In this document: positions 13,385 through 26,564 of the stretch, piece after piece
Layout of the letters: every line of letters starts with the position of its first letter
Position numbering within the stretch: the stretch's first letter is position 1
DNA from: Octopus bimaculoides
Taxonomy: Eukaryota
NCBI RefSeq assembly: GCF_001194135.2
Contig: NC_068992.1
Span: forward strand, 57,831,789-57,895,788
Direction of reading: 5' to 3'
DNA length: 64,000 nt
Translations under genes and position numbers: made by a program
Notes under the pieces: model-generated
What the model was told of the DNA's origin: nothing
The model's database searches: none
Seen by the model: only the letters and a program-made list of their open reading frames with translations

Positions 13385-13790
13385 TGCATCTGAAACAATG
13401 GATGAGTGGCGATATGCCTCCTTGTAGAAATAGGTGTTGGGGGATTTGGTGGAACTAGGATTTATTCAGTGCTCAGAAGTCTTGGAGAAGCTATGAAGAT
13501 GAGAAATGGTCTTGCCAGAAAATTGTCAGAAGCTGGTGAGAAAGCAAGCCATTACATCTGGCACGAGAGAGGGCAAGCAGTACAGCAAGAACAAGCACTA
13601 AGCATGGTAGAAACATCTGGCCAAGGAGTTGCAACATTTGACTCAACAAAGCTCATGTTGTGTGGGTGTTTTGTCATCTATGTTGGCGGATGGCCCCAGG
13701 CAGATCTGGTGTCGTGAAGGAAGGGGCTGAAACACCTGATAAGGCATCGACTCCTGTGTTCGAAGATGGAGTACAGCAGGACCCTCATCA
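13385..13790 (+). pseudogene. 3' end of an RLE-type non-LTR retrotransposon, HERO-like
   Basis: NG*VAICLLVEIGVGGF...LRSLG...LSEAGEKASHYIWHER resembles the HERO C-terminus GW.A.C.PVEVGCRGF...LG...EAAE.ASRWLW.KR as recalled from memory. Confidence 0.6.
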
Positions 13791-14477
13791 CACAGGAGGT
13801 TACCCTAAAAAATGTATGATGTTTTGAGGGAGAAGGGGAAGCGAATGAGAGAGAGTGAATGAGATAGAGAGAGCGAATGAAAGAGAGAGAGTGAATGAGA
13901 GAGTGACTGAGAGAGAGTGTGTGAATGAGAAATGGAGAGAGCAAATGAGAGAGAGAGAGTGTGAATGAGAGAGGGAGAAGTACAAAGATAGCAGACTGCT
14001 GATGTTTATATTTGCATTTATAAGAAAAAAAAAGGAAGCTAAACAGCTGGAGATGAAGAGCAGATGCAGACGACATAGCAGAAGACAATGTCTTAAAAGA
14101 ACAGTTTACCTCAAAACATGTCTGCTACCAAAATGCCAGCTGGAGTTCATTGTTGTGTATTTCTTCACTTCTATCAAGAATTTCTCAGCTGAGGCTTCAG
14201 AATCTTGCTATTGTTAATGTTATCATTGTTTTTAAACCTCAAGTCAGACCTGATCAAGTAGACCAATGATTAAAGACAACCCAGCCATGATCATCTCGAT
14301 TTTCTCTCCAGTCTTGTAAATCTAAAACTATACCATTGTGCAATGTGGTTCAGCAAATGGGAACGATAGAATAAGCACCAGGCTTTAATATAAGTAAATT
14401 AGTACAAGTGTCGACTTGTTTAACTAAACCCTTCATGACAGTGCCCCAGAATGGCTGCAGTCCAATGACTGAAACAA

Positions 14478-14514
<37 letters not shown>

Positions 14515-14727
14515 TTGAGTCATATACCCAAAATATTAGTTTAATGTTACAATTCTCTGATTTAATAAAATGAAAAACTCTTCAGCTTAGGCTTGCAGAC
14601 CCCATCCCCACAGCACAGATAAGGAAGTGCAGGTGCACCTGGCAATTCGCCACAGGTGCCTAAGTGTGTTCACCCACCACCACATTACAAACAGAGGCCA
14701 ACACGAAAATAAAATAATAGAGACAAG

Positions 14728-15153
14728 TGAGCGGCTGTGTGGTAAATAGCTTGCTTACGAACCACATGGTTCCGGGTTCAGTCCCACTGCGTGGCACCTT
14801 AGGCAAGTGTCTTCTACTATAGCCTCGGGCCGACCAAAANNNNNNNNNNACCTTAGGCAAGTGTCTTCTACTATAGCCTCGGGCCGACCAAAACTATGTA
14901 AGTGGATTTGGTAGACGGAAACTGAAAGAAGCTTGTCGTATATATATAAATATGTGTGTGTGTGTGTGTGTGTGTGTGTCTGTGTTTGTCCACGCAGCAT
15001 CGCTTGACAACCGATGCTGGTGTGTTTACGTCCCCGTAACCTAGCGGTTCGGCAAAAGGGAGCGATAGAATAAGTACCAGGCTTACAAAGAATAAGTCTT
15101 GGGGTCGATTTGCTCGACTAAAGGCGGTACTCCAGCATGGCCGCAGTCAAATG
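14728..15153 (+). mobile_element. Family A SINE (A head + alpha tail), full length
   Basis: A-box ggctgtgtggt, B-box ggttcagtccc, internal (TG)n, tail ccagcatggccgcagtcaaatg. Contains a 44-bp assembly duplication at a 10-N gap. Confidence 0.9.
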
Positions 15154-15714
15154 NNNNNNNNNNTAAAATCTTACAGGAAGAATGGCAAGTAATAACTGCT
15201 CGAAGTCTGCACCGTGTGATAATGTTTGGACTTAGACAAAAGAAACAGAGGTCTTCTAGGAGTGGAGGGCAAAAAAAAAAAAAAAAAAAAATTGGCCACT
15301 ATCAATAAACAATATAGACCAGAAAAGGCGCAGCAACGATCTCAAACAACCACTTAACATAGAAAAATCAACAGCTTCTTAATTTGAGATAGAGGGGGAG
15401 AGAGAGAGGACGGGAGACACAGAGAATATATATATATATACATAAATACATATATATATTCTCATAGAAAGCAATTTGTTTCATTAAACGAGAATGGCTC
15501 GTAAAATAAAAGGGCGGAGTCTTAGTTGTTGTTATTCTTGGGGAAAGGGATATTATTTAAACATATATATATTTCCCATTCAACTGCTTATTAAATAAAT
15601 TGCTTGTTAAATAGCTGATAAGAATAATGAGCTTCTCGCACTTTTATTAATAGTTTTAATAATGCCGTCAGACAATAATAAAAATAGTAATCCCTTCTTC
15701 TATAAATAATCAAC

Positions 15715-15850
15715 CCCCAGTGCTCGACTAATACCTATTTTTATCGATCGTGAAAGGCAAAGTCGACTTCGGCGGAATTTGAACTCAGAACGTTAAGAGC
15801 TAGAAGAAATGCCGCTAAGCATTTTGTCCAGCGCAGTAACGATTCTGCTT
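15715..15850 (-). mobile_element. Family B SINE
   Basis: aaaggcaaagtcgacttcggcggaatttgaactcagaacg...ccgctaagcattt. Confidence 0.85.
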
Positions 15851-15873
15851 GTTCAGGGCACATGACAAATTTT

Positions 15874-16005
15874 GGTAAATTTTCAGATTAACACCCGCAC
15901 GATTTTCACTAGGGTGTTAGGGTTAGGGAATTTCGTCCCTAACCCTAAAACCCCAACCCTAACACCCTAGTGAAAATCGTGCGGGTGTTAATCTGAAAAT
16001 TTACC
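15874..16005. repeat. Perfect 49-bp inverted repeat around a 34-nt TTAGGG/CCCTAA-containing spacer (fold-back element)
   Basis: 15874-15922 is the exact reverse complement of 15957-16005, checked base by base. Confidence 0.95.
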
Positions 16006-16048
16006 CAAATTTTGAGGGGAAGACAGCAACAATACATACATACATACA

Positions 16049-16107
<59 letters not shown>

Positions 16108-16198
16108 GTATTTAGACAGACAAATAAGAAAAACAGACACATAGACCAGATAAACAGACAGACATTTAGATTATACAGATGGCATAGACAGACAAACA

Positions 16199-16257
<59 letters not shown>
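16199..16257. repeat. (GATA)n microsatellite
   Basis: Direct reading. Confidence 0.95.
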
Positions 16258-16258
<1 letters not shown>

Positions 16259-18326
16259 CAGAGAGATAGAGGCAACTTTAGCAACATTTAAACTGAAATG
16301 ATGATAGTTTACGCGGTACGAATGAGAAAGTGAAACCCCTTCATATTACAACCACGCCACCACCAACACCACCATATAATTATTACATTTTAACAAGTAG
16401 TCTGTTGTTAGCGTACGTTTGTGCATTGATTCTTTTAAATATAATATATAATTGGCTGGTTGGGGGGAACTAAAAACATTATTTAATACCACTGGAACTC
16501 AATCATTATTTTAGTTCTATTTTCCAGAAATTCTTCAACCAAATTAAAATTAATATTTTGAAAAAGAACGAGAAAAAAAAATGAAAGAGGGAAAGAGAGA
16601 AATAGAACGGAAATTAGAAGAGTATCGATTTTTCTTTTAATGAGGTAGGCCCCAGCCTCTCAGATGTAGGAAGGAGATACGAGGAATGGAAGGGGTTTGG
16701 ATGTTCGTGCATTTTGAAAAGGTAATTCAGCAGAATAAATGTATAGAATTTTTTTATTTTTTATAAGGGAAGTGGGGATTGTTTTTATTTTTGCTTTTTA
16801 TTTTCTGTTTTACTTAAGAATATACACGTATATTTATAGTTTAGTTTAGAATTAAATTATTTACGAGATCATAAATAAATAACAATAAAAATTGGTAAAT
16901 AGAGACAGAGATACAGAGACAGAAAGAGAGAGAAAGAAAAAGACAAATAGAGACATATAGATAGATACATAGACAGAAAGACACAGACAGACAGACAGAC
17001 AGACAGACAGATAGATAGATAGATAGATAGGTGATAGATTATATAGACAGACAGATAGATTATGTAGAGAGATTAGAAAGAGAGAGAGGGAGAGATAAAA
17101 ATATAGAGAGACAGACAGAGAAACAGACAGATGCCTGTTCCTCCTAAGATTAACAATTAACCATTTGTAATTAGAGAATACATTTATATAGAAACATTAT
17201 ATAAACACTGTGTGTATATCTATGTAAGCGTGTAGATATACATACTCACACGCACATATAGATATATACATACATCAAACGAACACACACACACACACAC
17301 GTAGNNNNNNNNNNNNNNNNNNNNNNNNNNNNNNNNNNNNNNNNNNNNNNNNNNNNNNNNNNNNNNNNNNNNNNNNNNNNNNNNNNNNNNNNNNNNNNNN
17401 NNNNNNNNNNNNNNNNNNNNNNNNNNNNNNNNNNNNNNNNNNNNNNNNNNNNNNNNNNNNNNNNNNNNNNNNNNNNNNNNNNNNNNNNNNNNNNNNNNNN
17501 NNNNNNNNNNNNNNNNNNNNNNNNNNNNNNNNNNNNNNNNNNNNNNNNNNNNNNNNNNNNNNNNNNNNNNNNNNNNNNNNNNNNNNNNNNNNNNNNNNNN
17601 NNNNNNNNNNNNNNNNNNNNNNNNNNNNNNNNNNNNNNNNNNNNNNNNNNNNNNNNNNNNNNNNNNNNNNNNNNNNNNNNNNNNNNNNNNNNNNNNNNNN
17701 NNNNNNNNNNNNNNNNNNNNNNNNNNNNNNNNNNNNNNNNNNNNNNNNNNNNNNNNNNNNNNNNNNNNNNNNNNNNNNNNNNNNNNNNNNNNNNNNNNNN
17801 NNNNNNNNNNNNNNNNNNNNNNNNNNNNNNNNNNNNNNNNNNNNNNNNNNNNNNNNNNNNNNNNNNNNNNNNNNNNNNNNNNNNNNNNNNNNNNNNNNNN
17901 NNNNNNNNNNNNNNNNNNNNNNNNNNNNNNNNNNNNNNNNNNNNNNNNNNNNNNNNNNNNNNNNNNNNNNNNNNNNNNNNNNNNNNNNNNNNNNNNNNNN
18001 NNNNNNNNNNNNNNNNNNNNNNNNNNNNNNNNNNNNNNNNNNNNNNNNNNNNNNNNNNNNNNNNNNNNNNNNNNNNNNNNNNNNNNNNNNNNNNNNNNNN
18101 NNNNNNNNNNNNNNNNNNNNNNNNNNNNNNNNNNNNNNNNNNNNNNNNNNNNNNNNNNNNNNNNNNNNNNNNATACACACACATACATATATAGATATAT
18201 ACATACATACACACACATACATATATAGATATATACATACATACACACACATACATATATAGATATATACATACATACACATACATATATAGATATATAC
18301 ATACATACACACACATACATACATAC

Positions 18327-18359
<33 letters not shown>

Positions 18360-18418
18360 GTTTGGGAATTTAATACATTTGTGCAATGTCTCCGTTACAT
18401 AATCTGAGGTTTACCTGA

Positions 18419-18508
<90 letters not shown>

Positions 18509-18892
18509 CTAAGGGATTCAGAAGCTGATTAAGAAACACCTACCCGTGCCAATTATAGTACACGTATGTACATGCGTAGGTGTGTGAGTGAATGAGTAAG
18601 TCTATATGTGCGTGTGTGTGAGTGTACATGAACGTTGGCAAAAAAACAAGGGGAAAAGTAACGCACGGGAAAGTTATGCAATCTTGTTCCTATATTCACA
18701 TAACAGATGAATAATAAATAACACAAAGATTAAAACAGTGTTTGTATGTGTGTGGGGGGCTTTATATTAATTACAGTTAACTGTGATTATTGTGTTCGTT
18801 GAAAGAACATAATCTAGGAACAATTTACGAGAGGAACCTGTTGGTTTCAAATCTTCGACAGGACAGAAAAGAGTTTTCTATGTGACATATAT

Positions 18893-19045
18893 AAGCGCAG
18901 GCGTGGCTGTGTGGTAAGAAAGCTTGCATGCCAATCACATGGTTCCGGGTTCAGTCCCACTGCGTGGCACCTTGGACAAGTGTCTTCTACTATAGCGCTG
19001 AGCTGACTTTAAAAAAGCCTTGTGAGTGGATTTGATAGACGGAAA
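18893..19045 (+). mobile_element. Family A SINE, 5' half
   Basis: gcgcaggcgtggctgtgtggtaagaa...ggttcagtcccactgcgtggcacc. Confidence 0.85.
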
Positions 19046-19071
19046 CTGTAATATGTATATGTTTGTACAGT

Positions 19072-19270
19072 GTGGCGAGCTGGCAGAAATGTCGGCACAA
19101 AGGGTGAAATGCTTTGCGGTATTTCGTCTGCCGTTACACTCCGAGTTCAAATTCTGCCGAGGTCAACTTTGCCTTTCATCCTTTCAGGGTCGATCAAATA
19201 AGTACCAGTTACGCACTGGGTCGATGTAATCGACTTTATCCCTTTATCTGTCTTTGTTTGTCCCCTCTAT
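19072..19270 (+). mobile_element. Family B SINE
   Basis: gtggcgagctggcagaaa...gagttcaaattc...tttgcctttcatcctttc...cactgggtcgatgtaatcgact. Confidence 0.88.
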
Positions 19271-19289
19271 GTATAAGAGAGAGAAAGAG

Positions 19290-19447
19290 AGAACACGCAC
19301 ACACATATACGACGGGTTTCTTTCACAAGATTTTGGTTGGCCTAAAGCTATAGTAGAACACATTTTCCTGCGGTGCCATGCAGTGAGGCTGAACCCGAAA
19401 CCTTGAGGTTGGGAAGAAAGCTTCTTACCACACAACCATGCCTGCAC
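19290..19447 (-). mobile_element. Family A SINE, 5' half
   Basis: Reverse complement of the A head, ending cttcttaccacacaaccatgcctgcacc. Confidence 0.8.
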
Positions 19448-19489
19448 CTACATATATGATGGGTGTTGAGACCAGAAACAATCTCAATA

Positions 19490-19692
19490 TTAATGGTTTC
19501 TGATTTAGGCACAAGGCCAGCAACTTTGAGGCAAGTGAAGTAATTGATACATCGACTGGAGGTCTTGAAATGGTACATTATTTCAACGACCTCGGAGGGA
19601 TGAAAAGCAATGTCTGATCTCAGCGGGATCTGAATTCACAGCCGGAAGAAATACCGCAAGGCATTTTTCAAACGACTCTGTCAAAGCGTCGC
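19490..19692 (-). mobile_element. Family B SINE, degenerate
   Basis: ggcacaaggcc...gatacatcgac...ggatgaaaagcaatgtc...aataccgcaaggcattt. Confidence 0.7.
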
Positions 19693-20529
19693 CAGATATA
19701 TAACCACAAGCAAAGGACTTAGGACACAGAGAAGATATCACTGAGTGCCGCACATATTTCATAGTGTCTTGTTAATATAACAGAAAACACTAAACGAAAA
19801 CAAAACACTGCACAGGCGCATGTACTGGTGGTGCACAAGCTTTGAAACTGTTTTTTTTTTTTACTTCTTTTTTTAATTTTTTTTCCCAAGGAACTAAAGG
19901 AGTCAGCTTTAGTATGAAAAACAGAATCGTATGAAGAATGTACACTGCACATAGACATACTCTGCGTTTAAGTTGATAATTTTGCAGGGATAGCTGAGGT
20001 ACTGAGTGAAAACCATCAGGTTTGCGGAACGTGCTTGATTTGGTGCTACCACAATATCCGTAGTCTACGCTGTGAAATGGCCTGATCTAGGCGAGGGTTA
20101 AGGTTAGGTTACGGGTGAGGGGTTCGAGTTAGACTGCACGCTAAAGTACAAAAATGGCCAAGTAGACCGTACGCTGAAGTGACACCACTAATTTTCTCCG
20201 TCCTCATCAACAATGCGACTATGGATGACTCTTTGGGTTGTGGGCAAAATGTGCAAGGAGAAGACGAAGAGGATTGTTTCAGTCACTCGCCTAACTGTTT
20301 GTCATGGATCAGAAACAGAATATAAATGGCATGGAGCTGACTGAACACTGATCAGTCAGTGGGCAGGCCTGAAGCGGCATAGCATCAGGGAAAAGGCGAA
20401 TGTAACGTAATATATGGATGTGTCGTGGATTGTTGGGATGAGGCGTTGGTTGGGCCATCAAGCGCCTTTGAGAGTATCTATAAGACGATTAGGGATGCAA
20501 TTAAGTGGGTAAAACTAGTTGATGTAGAG

Positions 20530-20649
20530 CAGAGGTTCCCAACCTGTGGTCCGCAAAATTTTATATATATATACATATATATAAAGGATAAGCATATTAA
20601 AAGGGGTCCGTAGGGAAATTTATTTAAATAAAAGGGTTGGGAAACACTG
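20530..20649. mobile_element. hAT MITE, 120 bp
   Basis: TIR cagaggttcccaacc / ggttgggaaacactg (2 mismatches); perfect 8-bp TSD atgtagag. Confidence 0.92.
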
Positions 20650-21389
20650 ATGTAGAGATTAGTGAACTGCATAAGATTCAGTTTCTACGACGGCAACATC
20701 AGTAAGCGATGAATGAGAAAGAGTCAAGGATGCATCTACACGTATATAGAAGAGTGGAGCAATAAAACCTTGAAATAGAGAAACTGCAAGTCTTTGCTTT
20801 GATATCCAGATGAGAGAAGTGAGTAGTAGTGGGGAGAATGGAATCTACGTATGCACAGACACCATGTTTTACGGTGAAGCTTAAGTAAAAACGTGTAGTT
20901 TTGAGAGCAGAGATTAACGGAGGTCAATTAAAGGTTAACAGATGTGTCTTAGAGGTTTCGGAAAGGAACAGGATGTACGGTTTTCGTATCAGTTGACTCT
21001 GAGCTAAGATCGTATTTTACAGACGTTACAGAATTGATTGTCTTGCTCTTCTTGGATCTCGCAAGCCAATGTCTTCTCTGTTTTGTTTTTTTAAGAACAA
21101 TTGGGTGTGGTTTGAGGGAGATTTGGCTGCTAGTTCAAAGCTGAGCGATCGCATACGAATGTTAGCTAGGTACATTTGTTTGTTTGTTTTTTTACCGTAT
21201 CTGGATCAAAGCAGTCCCTCGAAGAACAATGAGAGTAACACTATTAACATTCCCTCCATCATCGTTTATAGTTTTATATAAAAATAATTAGATTACCCAA
21301 CTGCTTCACTCCAAGCACTCAATACTGGATTACTAGGATGACTGTTTCTCCACATATAATAGCATGTAAATACAAATAATAACACGTAC

Positions 21390-21427
<38 letters not shown>

Positions 21428-21897
21428 NNNNNNNNNNNNNNNNNNNNNNNNNNNNNNNNNNNNNNNNNNNNNNNNNNNNNNNNNNNNNNNNNNNNNNNNN
21501 NNNNNNNNNNNNNNNNNNNNNNNNNNNTATATATATATATATATATATATAATTCTTTTTATTTTCAGAAAAGAATTATTTCACGTTATCTCGAAAGATT
21601 ATAAAATTCTTAAGACGTCAACAACATACAATTCACGTTGGTGAGAATAGAGTTACGAAAGCGGATAAAGAAATTCGGAGGATAGCTTTGATCCAAAGGT
21701 AGAACGCCTGTCATGTTTAGATGAGATGTGGGTTCGAGTCCCAAAGGGAGCCTTCAACTCTTCCTATCCATAAGGGATTTTCAACCCAATGTTTACAAGC
21801 TACTATTTATAAATTTATGTTGTGTGCTTCGAGATACATTATTCCGAAAACGAATTACTTCATGTTTTCACGAAAGTTTCCAGAATTCTTACATCAA

Positions 21898-21966
<69 letters not shown>

Positions 21967-23229
21967 NNNNNNNNNNNNNNNNNNNNNNNNNNNNNNNNNN
22001 NNNNNNNNNNNNNNNNNNNNNNNNNNNNNNNNNNNNNNNNNNNNNNNNNNNNNNNNNNNNNNNNNNNNNNNNNNNNNNNNNNNNNNNNNNNNNNNNNNNN
22101 NNNNNNNNNNNNNNNNNNNNNNNNNNNNNNNNNNNNNNNNNNNNNNNNNNNNNNNNNNNNNNNNNNNNNNNNNNNNNNNNNNNNNNNNNNNNNNNNNNNN
22201 NNNNNNNNNNNNNNNNNNNNNNNNNNNNNNNNNNNNNNNNNNNNNNNNNNNNNNNNNNNNNNNNNNNNNNNNNNNNNNNNNNNNNNNNNNNNNNNNNNNN
22301 NNNNNNNNNNNNNNNNNNNNNNNNNNNNNNNNNNNNNNNNNNNNNNNNNNNNNNNNNNNNNNNNNNNNNNNNNNNNNNNNNNNNNNNNNNNNNNNNNNNN
22401 NNNNNNNNNNNNNNNNNNNNNNNNNNNNNNNNNNNNNNNNNNNNNNNNNNNNNNNNNNNNNNNNNNNNNNNNNNNNNNNNNNNNNNNNNNNNNNNNNNNN
22501 NNNNNNNNNNNNNNNNNNNNNNNNNNNNNNNNNNNNNNNNNNNNNNNNNNNNNNNNNNNNNNNNNNNNNNNNNNNNNNNNNNNNNNNNNNNNNNNNNNNN
22601 NNNNNNNNNNNNNNNNNNNNNNNNNNNNNNNNNNNNNNNNNNNNNNNNNNNNNNNNNNNNNNNNNNNNNNNNNNNNNNNNNNNNNNNNNNNNNNNNNNNN
22701 NNNNNNNNNNNNNNNNNNNNNNNNNNNNNNNNNNNNNNNNNNNNNNNNNNNNNNNNNNNNNNNNNNNNNNNNNNNNNNNNNNNNNNNNNNNNNNNNNNNN
22801 NNNNNNNNNNNNNNNNNNNNNNNNNNNNNNNNNNNNNNNNNNNNNNNNNNNNNNNNNNNNNNNNNNNNNNNNNNNNNNNNNNNNNNNNNNNNNNNNNNNN
22901 NNNNNNNNNNNNNNNNNNNNNNNNNNNNNNNNNNNNNNNNNNNNNNNNNNNNNNNNATATATATATATATATATATATGCGCGCGCGCGCACCATACTAA
23001 TTATAATACATACTCACAAAAGAAGTATATTCACACACGCAAATAGCAAATGTATTTTGTACTCAATATTTTTTAGCAATTTTATTGGCAGTGACTTCGA
23101 ACTAGTTTGACTAAGTCACAAACTTAATGAAATTTTGAAGTCACTCACATTTAAATAGTCATACTACTGTGCAGCGTCCGCCATTTAAGTCCATTGTAAA
23201 ATGGTTTTCAAGTATATAAAAACACATAA

Positions 23230-23264
<35 letters not shown>

Positions 23265-24094
23265 CGTGTCAAGAGGGATACTACATACATACATGCACAG
23301 AGAGAATGAGACAAATAGATGCATAGACAGATAGCAAGTAGACACAGAATATCAAGGATAAATGTGTACATACATATGCGTACAAATCAAGTTATCATGG
23401 AAAGGAGAGAGACACAGAGTCACATAGAGAGAGACAGAGGAATGGAGGATGAAATATCATTCTAAACAGCTTCCCACAGGTATTTCCTCCACGTTCACGG
23501 GTTTTCTTTTTGTTCCTTCCTGCCTTCCTAAATCTACCTACCAATAAATTGATTGCTTCAAAAATCGGTAAAACGTGAAACCTAAACTGTCGCAATTCTA
23601 CACAGAATTTCAGCTTAATTTTTATAAGCTACTCTCTGAGAACACCATTTACATTGAATTCCCAATTCATAATATNNNNNNNNNNACGGGGAAGCGATTC
23701 GTTAAAATGTCATGCCCCAACCATGTTATGAAGATGAGCAACGCTTAGGGATTGAGAGGCACGTGATTGATGATGAATAATATTATAAACCATCTTCACA
23801 CACACAGAGGATCCACTCCTAACCGCAACCTTTGTGGGGGGTCCCATTTGCAGGAGCTAATATTGGAGTTACCTCCCTTGTTTTAACCCTTATTCCACTC
23901 CTCAAAGATGGTTTAATTTCCAAAAATTTCGATCCACATATTGTATTACACATTTTTGTTTTTTTAATCACACCCATTCTTCCACTAGAGGGAATTTTTA
24001 ATTCCTAACTGCATGGATAATGTCAGTTCACTTTAATTTTTGTGGCTTTTTTGGTTTGGTTTTGTTCTGTTCTGTTTTGTTCACTCATTATATT

Positions 24095-24500
24095 GTGTTG
24101 AAGAATCGTTACTGCACTGGACAAAATGCTTAGCGGCATTTCGCCCGCCGCTACATTCTGAGTTCAAATTCCACCGAGGTCGATTTCGCCTTTCATTCTT
24201 TTGGGATCAATAAATTAAGTACCAATAAAATACTGGGGTCGATGTAATCGACCAGTCTCCTCCCACCAAATGTCAAGCCTTGTGCCTTTCGTAGAAAGGA
24301 TTATATTGTATATGTTACAACGCTCGTCTTTGCGTTCTGAGCTCAAATATAGCCGAGGGTGACTTTGCCTTTTATCCTCTTACGTTGAAAAGGTCGACCA
24401 AATAAGTATCAGTTTAGCTGTGCACTGGGGCCCATGTAATCGACTAGCGCCTACTCCCACTCCCCATCCAAATTTCAGGCTCTGTGCCTATAATACAAAG
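24095..24500 (+). mobile_element. Two tandem family B SINE copies
   Basis: gaatcgtta...ctgagttcaaattcc...gtcgatgtaatcgac...gccttgtgcct occurs twice. Confidence 0.8.
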
Positions 24501-24884
24501 GATTATGTGTTAGATTTTGATAATTCAGATATTCTACTACGAGTATCAAGTATTCATTTTGATGTTCGCACGTCCACTGCGGCCATACTGGGGCACCACT
24601 TCCAAATTTTATTGTCATTTTTTTTTAATCGATCATAACGATTATCCAGTCTGCTATATATCTTATCGATATCTATTTGCGCAAACTACTCAGTTACCGG
24701 ATGTAGAGACAACATAAACAAAACCCGGACATAATACAGATGCTCTGTGTATGTATGTCGCTTCTATTTTTTAATTATTATAAATCTTCCACTGAGGAGG
24801 GAGCCAGTTTCCAACAAAGATGTATGTATGCATGTGTATGTATGAATACATATATGTTAATGTGTGTATGTATAGACAGACAGG

Positions 24885-25235
24885 CGCATTAATAGCATTA
24901 AGAAGCTCACTGATACGTGGTTTAAAGTTCCGGTTCATTGCGTAGCACCTTAAGTGTCTTCTGCTTTAGCCACGGGTTGGCCAATGCTTTGCGAGCGAAT
25001 TTGGGGGCCGGAAACTGTGTGGAAACCTGTCGTATATATGTATGTATGAGTTCGGGTGTCGTTTTGTGTAATACTCTCTCACTGATTATGGCAACTGGCG
25101 ATGAATTTTTGCGTCCTAAAAAAAATCGACAGAATAAGTAGCAAGTTTACAATGAAAAGTAGTAAGGTCGATTTGATCGACAAAACAATCATGAAGACAG
25201 TGCTGTAGCATGGGCGAGGTCCAATGAGAGAAACA
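24885..25235 (+). mobile_element. Family A SINE, degenerate
   Basis: Head ggttcattgcgtagcacc; tail gctgtagcatgggcgaggtccaatgagagaaacaagtaaaag. Confidence 0.7.
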
Positions 25236-25274
25236 AGTAAAAGTAGTCTTTTACTCCTGCATAGTTTTTTACAA

Positions 25275-25428
25275 GTGGCTGTGTGGTAAGAAACTTGCTT
25301 CCCAACCACATGGTTCGGTGTTCAGTCCCACTGCGTGGCACTTGGGCAAATGTCTTCAACTATAAACCTGCGGCCGACCAAAGCCACCTTGTGAGTGGAT
25401 TTGGTAGACGGAAGCTGAAAGAAGCCCG

Positions 25429-25467
<39 letters not shown>

Positions 25468-25661
25468 CGTGCGTGTGCCCACCACCACCGCTTGGCAACC
25501 GTTGCTGGTGTATTTACGTCCCCATGATTTAGCGGTTTGGTAAAAAGAAAACGATAGAACAAGCACTAGGCCTTAAAAGTATTGTCGATTCGTTCGACTA
25601 AAATTCTTTAAGGGGGTGTCCCAGCATGGCCGCAGACTGATGACGGAAACGAGTAAAAGAT
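25275..25661 (+). mobile_element. Family A SINE, full length
   Basis: gtggctgtgtggtaagaa...ttcagtcccactgcgtggca...ccagcatggccgcag...gaaacgagtaaaaga. Confidence 0.9.
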
Positions 25662-26395
25662 AAATTAATTGTATATATTATAAACATCAAAAAGAAAGAA
25701 AAAAAGGAAGAGTTAGGATTCTTTTCTACTTCACTTCCTGTCGTGACCATATCATCAACAGCAGCGACCACAGCGGCACCCAGTCAGGTAGGGGACCTTC
25801 TACGCAGTTGCTCAATCTACTAGAAATAGCAGCCAAGAATCTCCCTCAAAGCAGATCCTACCATCTTAGGTAAAGAACGACCGATACATTTGATAATCAA
25901 TGTAATTCTAGACTCACAGTATCTAACAATAAAAAATGGAATGGCCTCACGGTTGAAATGTCTTTGATCAGAGGCGTACTCGATCAGATCTGACGAGGAG
26001 CTACACAACTACACAAAAGTTCCGTTTTTTTTTTTATAATACAAAAACGCTAAAATCTTACCTAAGAAACAATCCCTGTTATAATAGGCGATACGGATGT
26101 TTGTATTAAAAGAAAAACTCTACATAAAGTGTGCAGTGCCTTGATAGGCAAATTTTTACGAGAAACACCATCCTCGAGGCGGTTTTCTTATACCACGCAC
26201 AATTATACACAACGCTTGACAGACGAAGAATGTTTTAAGAGCACACCTTTGATGCTGGTTTGATGAAGTACCACTCTAGTATTTAAATCCGCTTATATGT
26301 AACTTTTCATATGGAACGTTTTGCGTTCAACAATTGTAACCGACCACTAAAGATGTGCTAAACTCTGTCTTATTTGGATTACATACACACATGTA

Positions 26396-26564
26396 CCGTA
26401 TTTATTCTTGTATAAGAAGCACCATTTTTATACTTGATTTTAATTGAATAAAAAAAAACTGACGTGCGATTTATACACAAGGAACAAAGCTAAAACAATG
26501 AAATTATAAACATCTGTGCCAAGATTTACCACTAAATTATACACTTAGACACGAGTAAATACGG
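26396..26564. mobile_element. TcMar (Tc2/pogo-like) MITE
   Basis: TIR ccgtatttattcttgtataag / cttagacacgagtaaatacgg; TA on both sides. Confidence 0.8.

Noticed and set aside
14796-14893. 44-bp exact direct repeat inside a SINE
   Set aside because: The copies sit either side of a 10-N gap, a typical unmerged contig overlap.
21680-21750. tRNA-like stretch with ggttcgagtccc
   Set aside because: B-box is present but acceptor and anticodon stems do not pair; at most a decayed SINE head.
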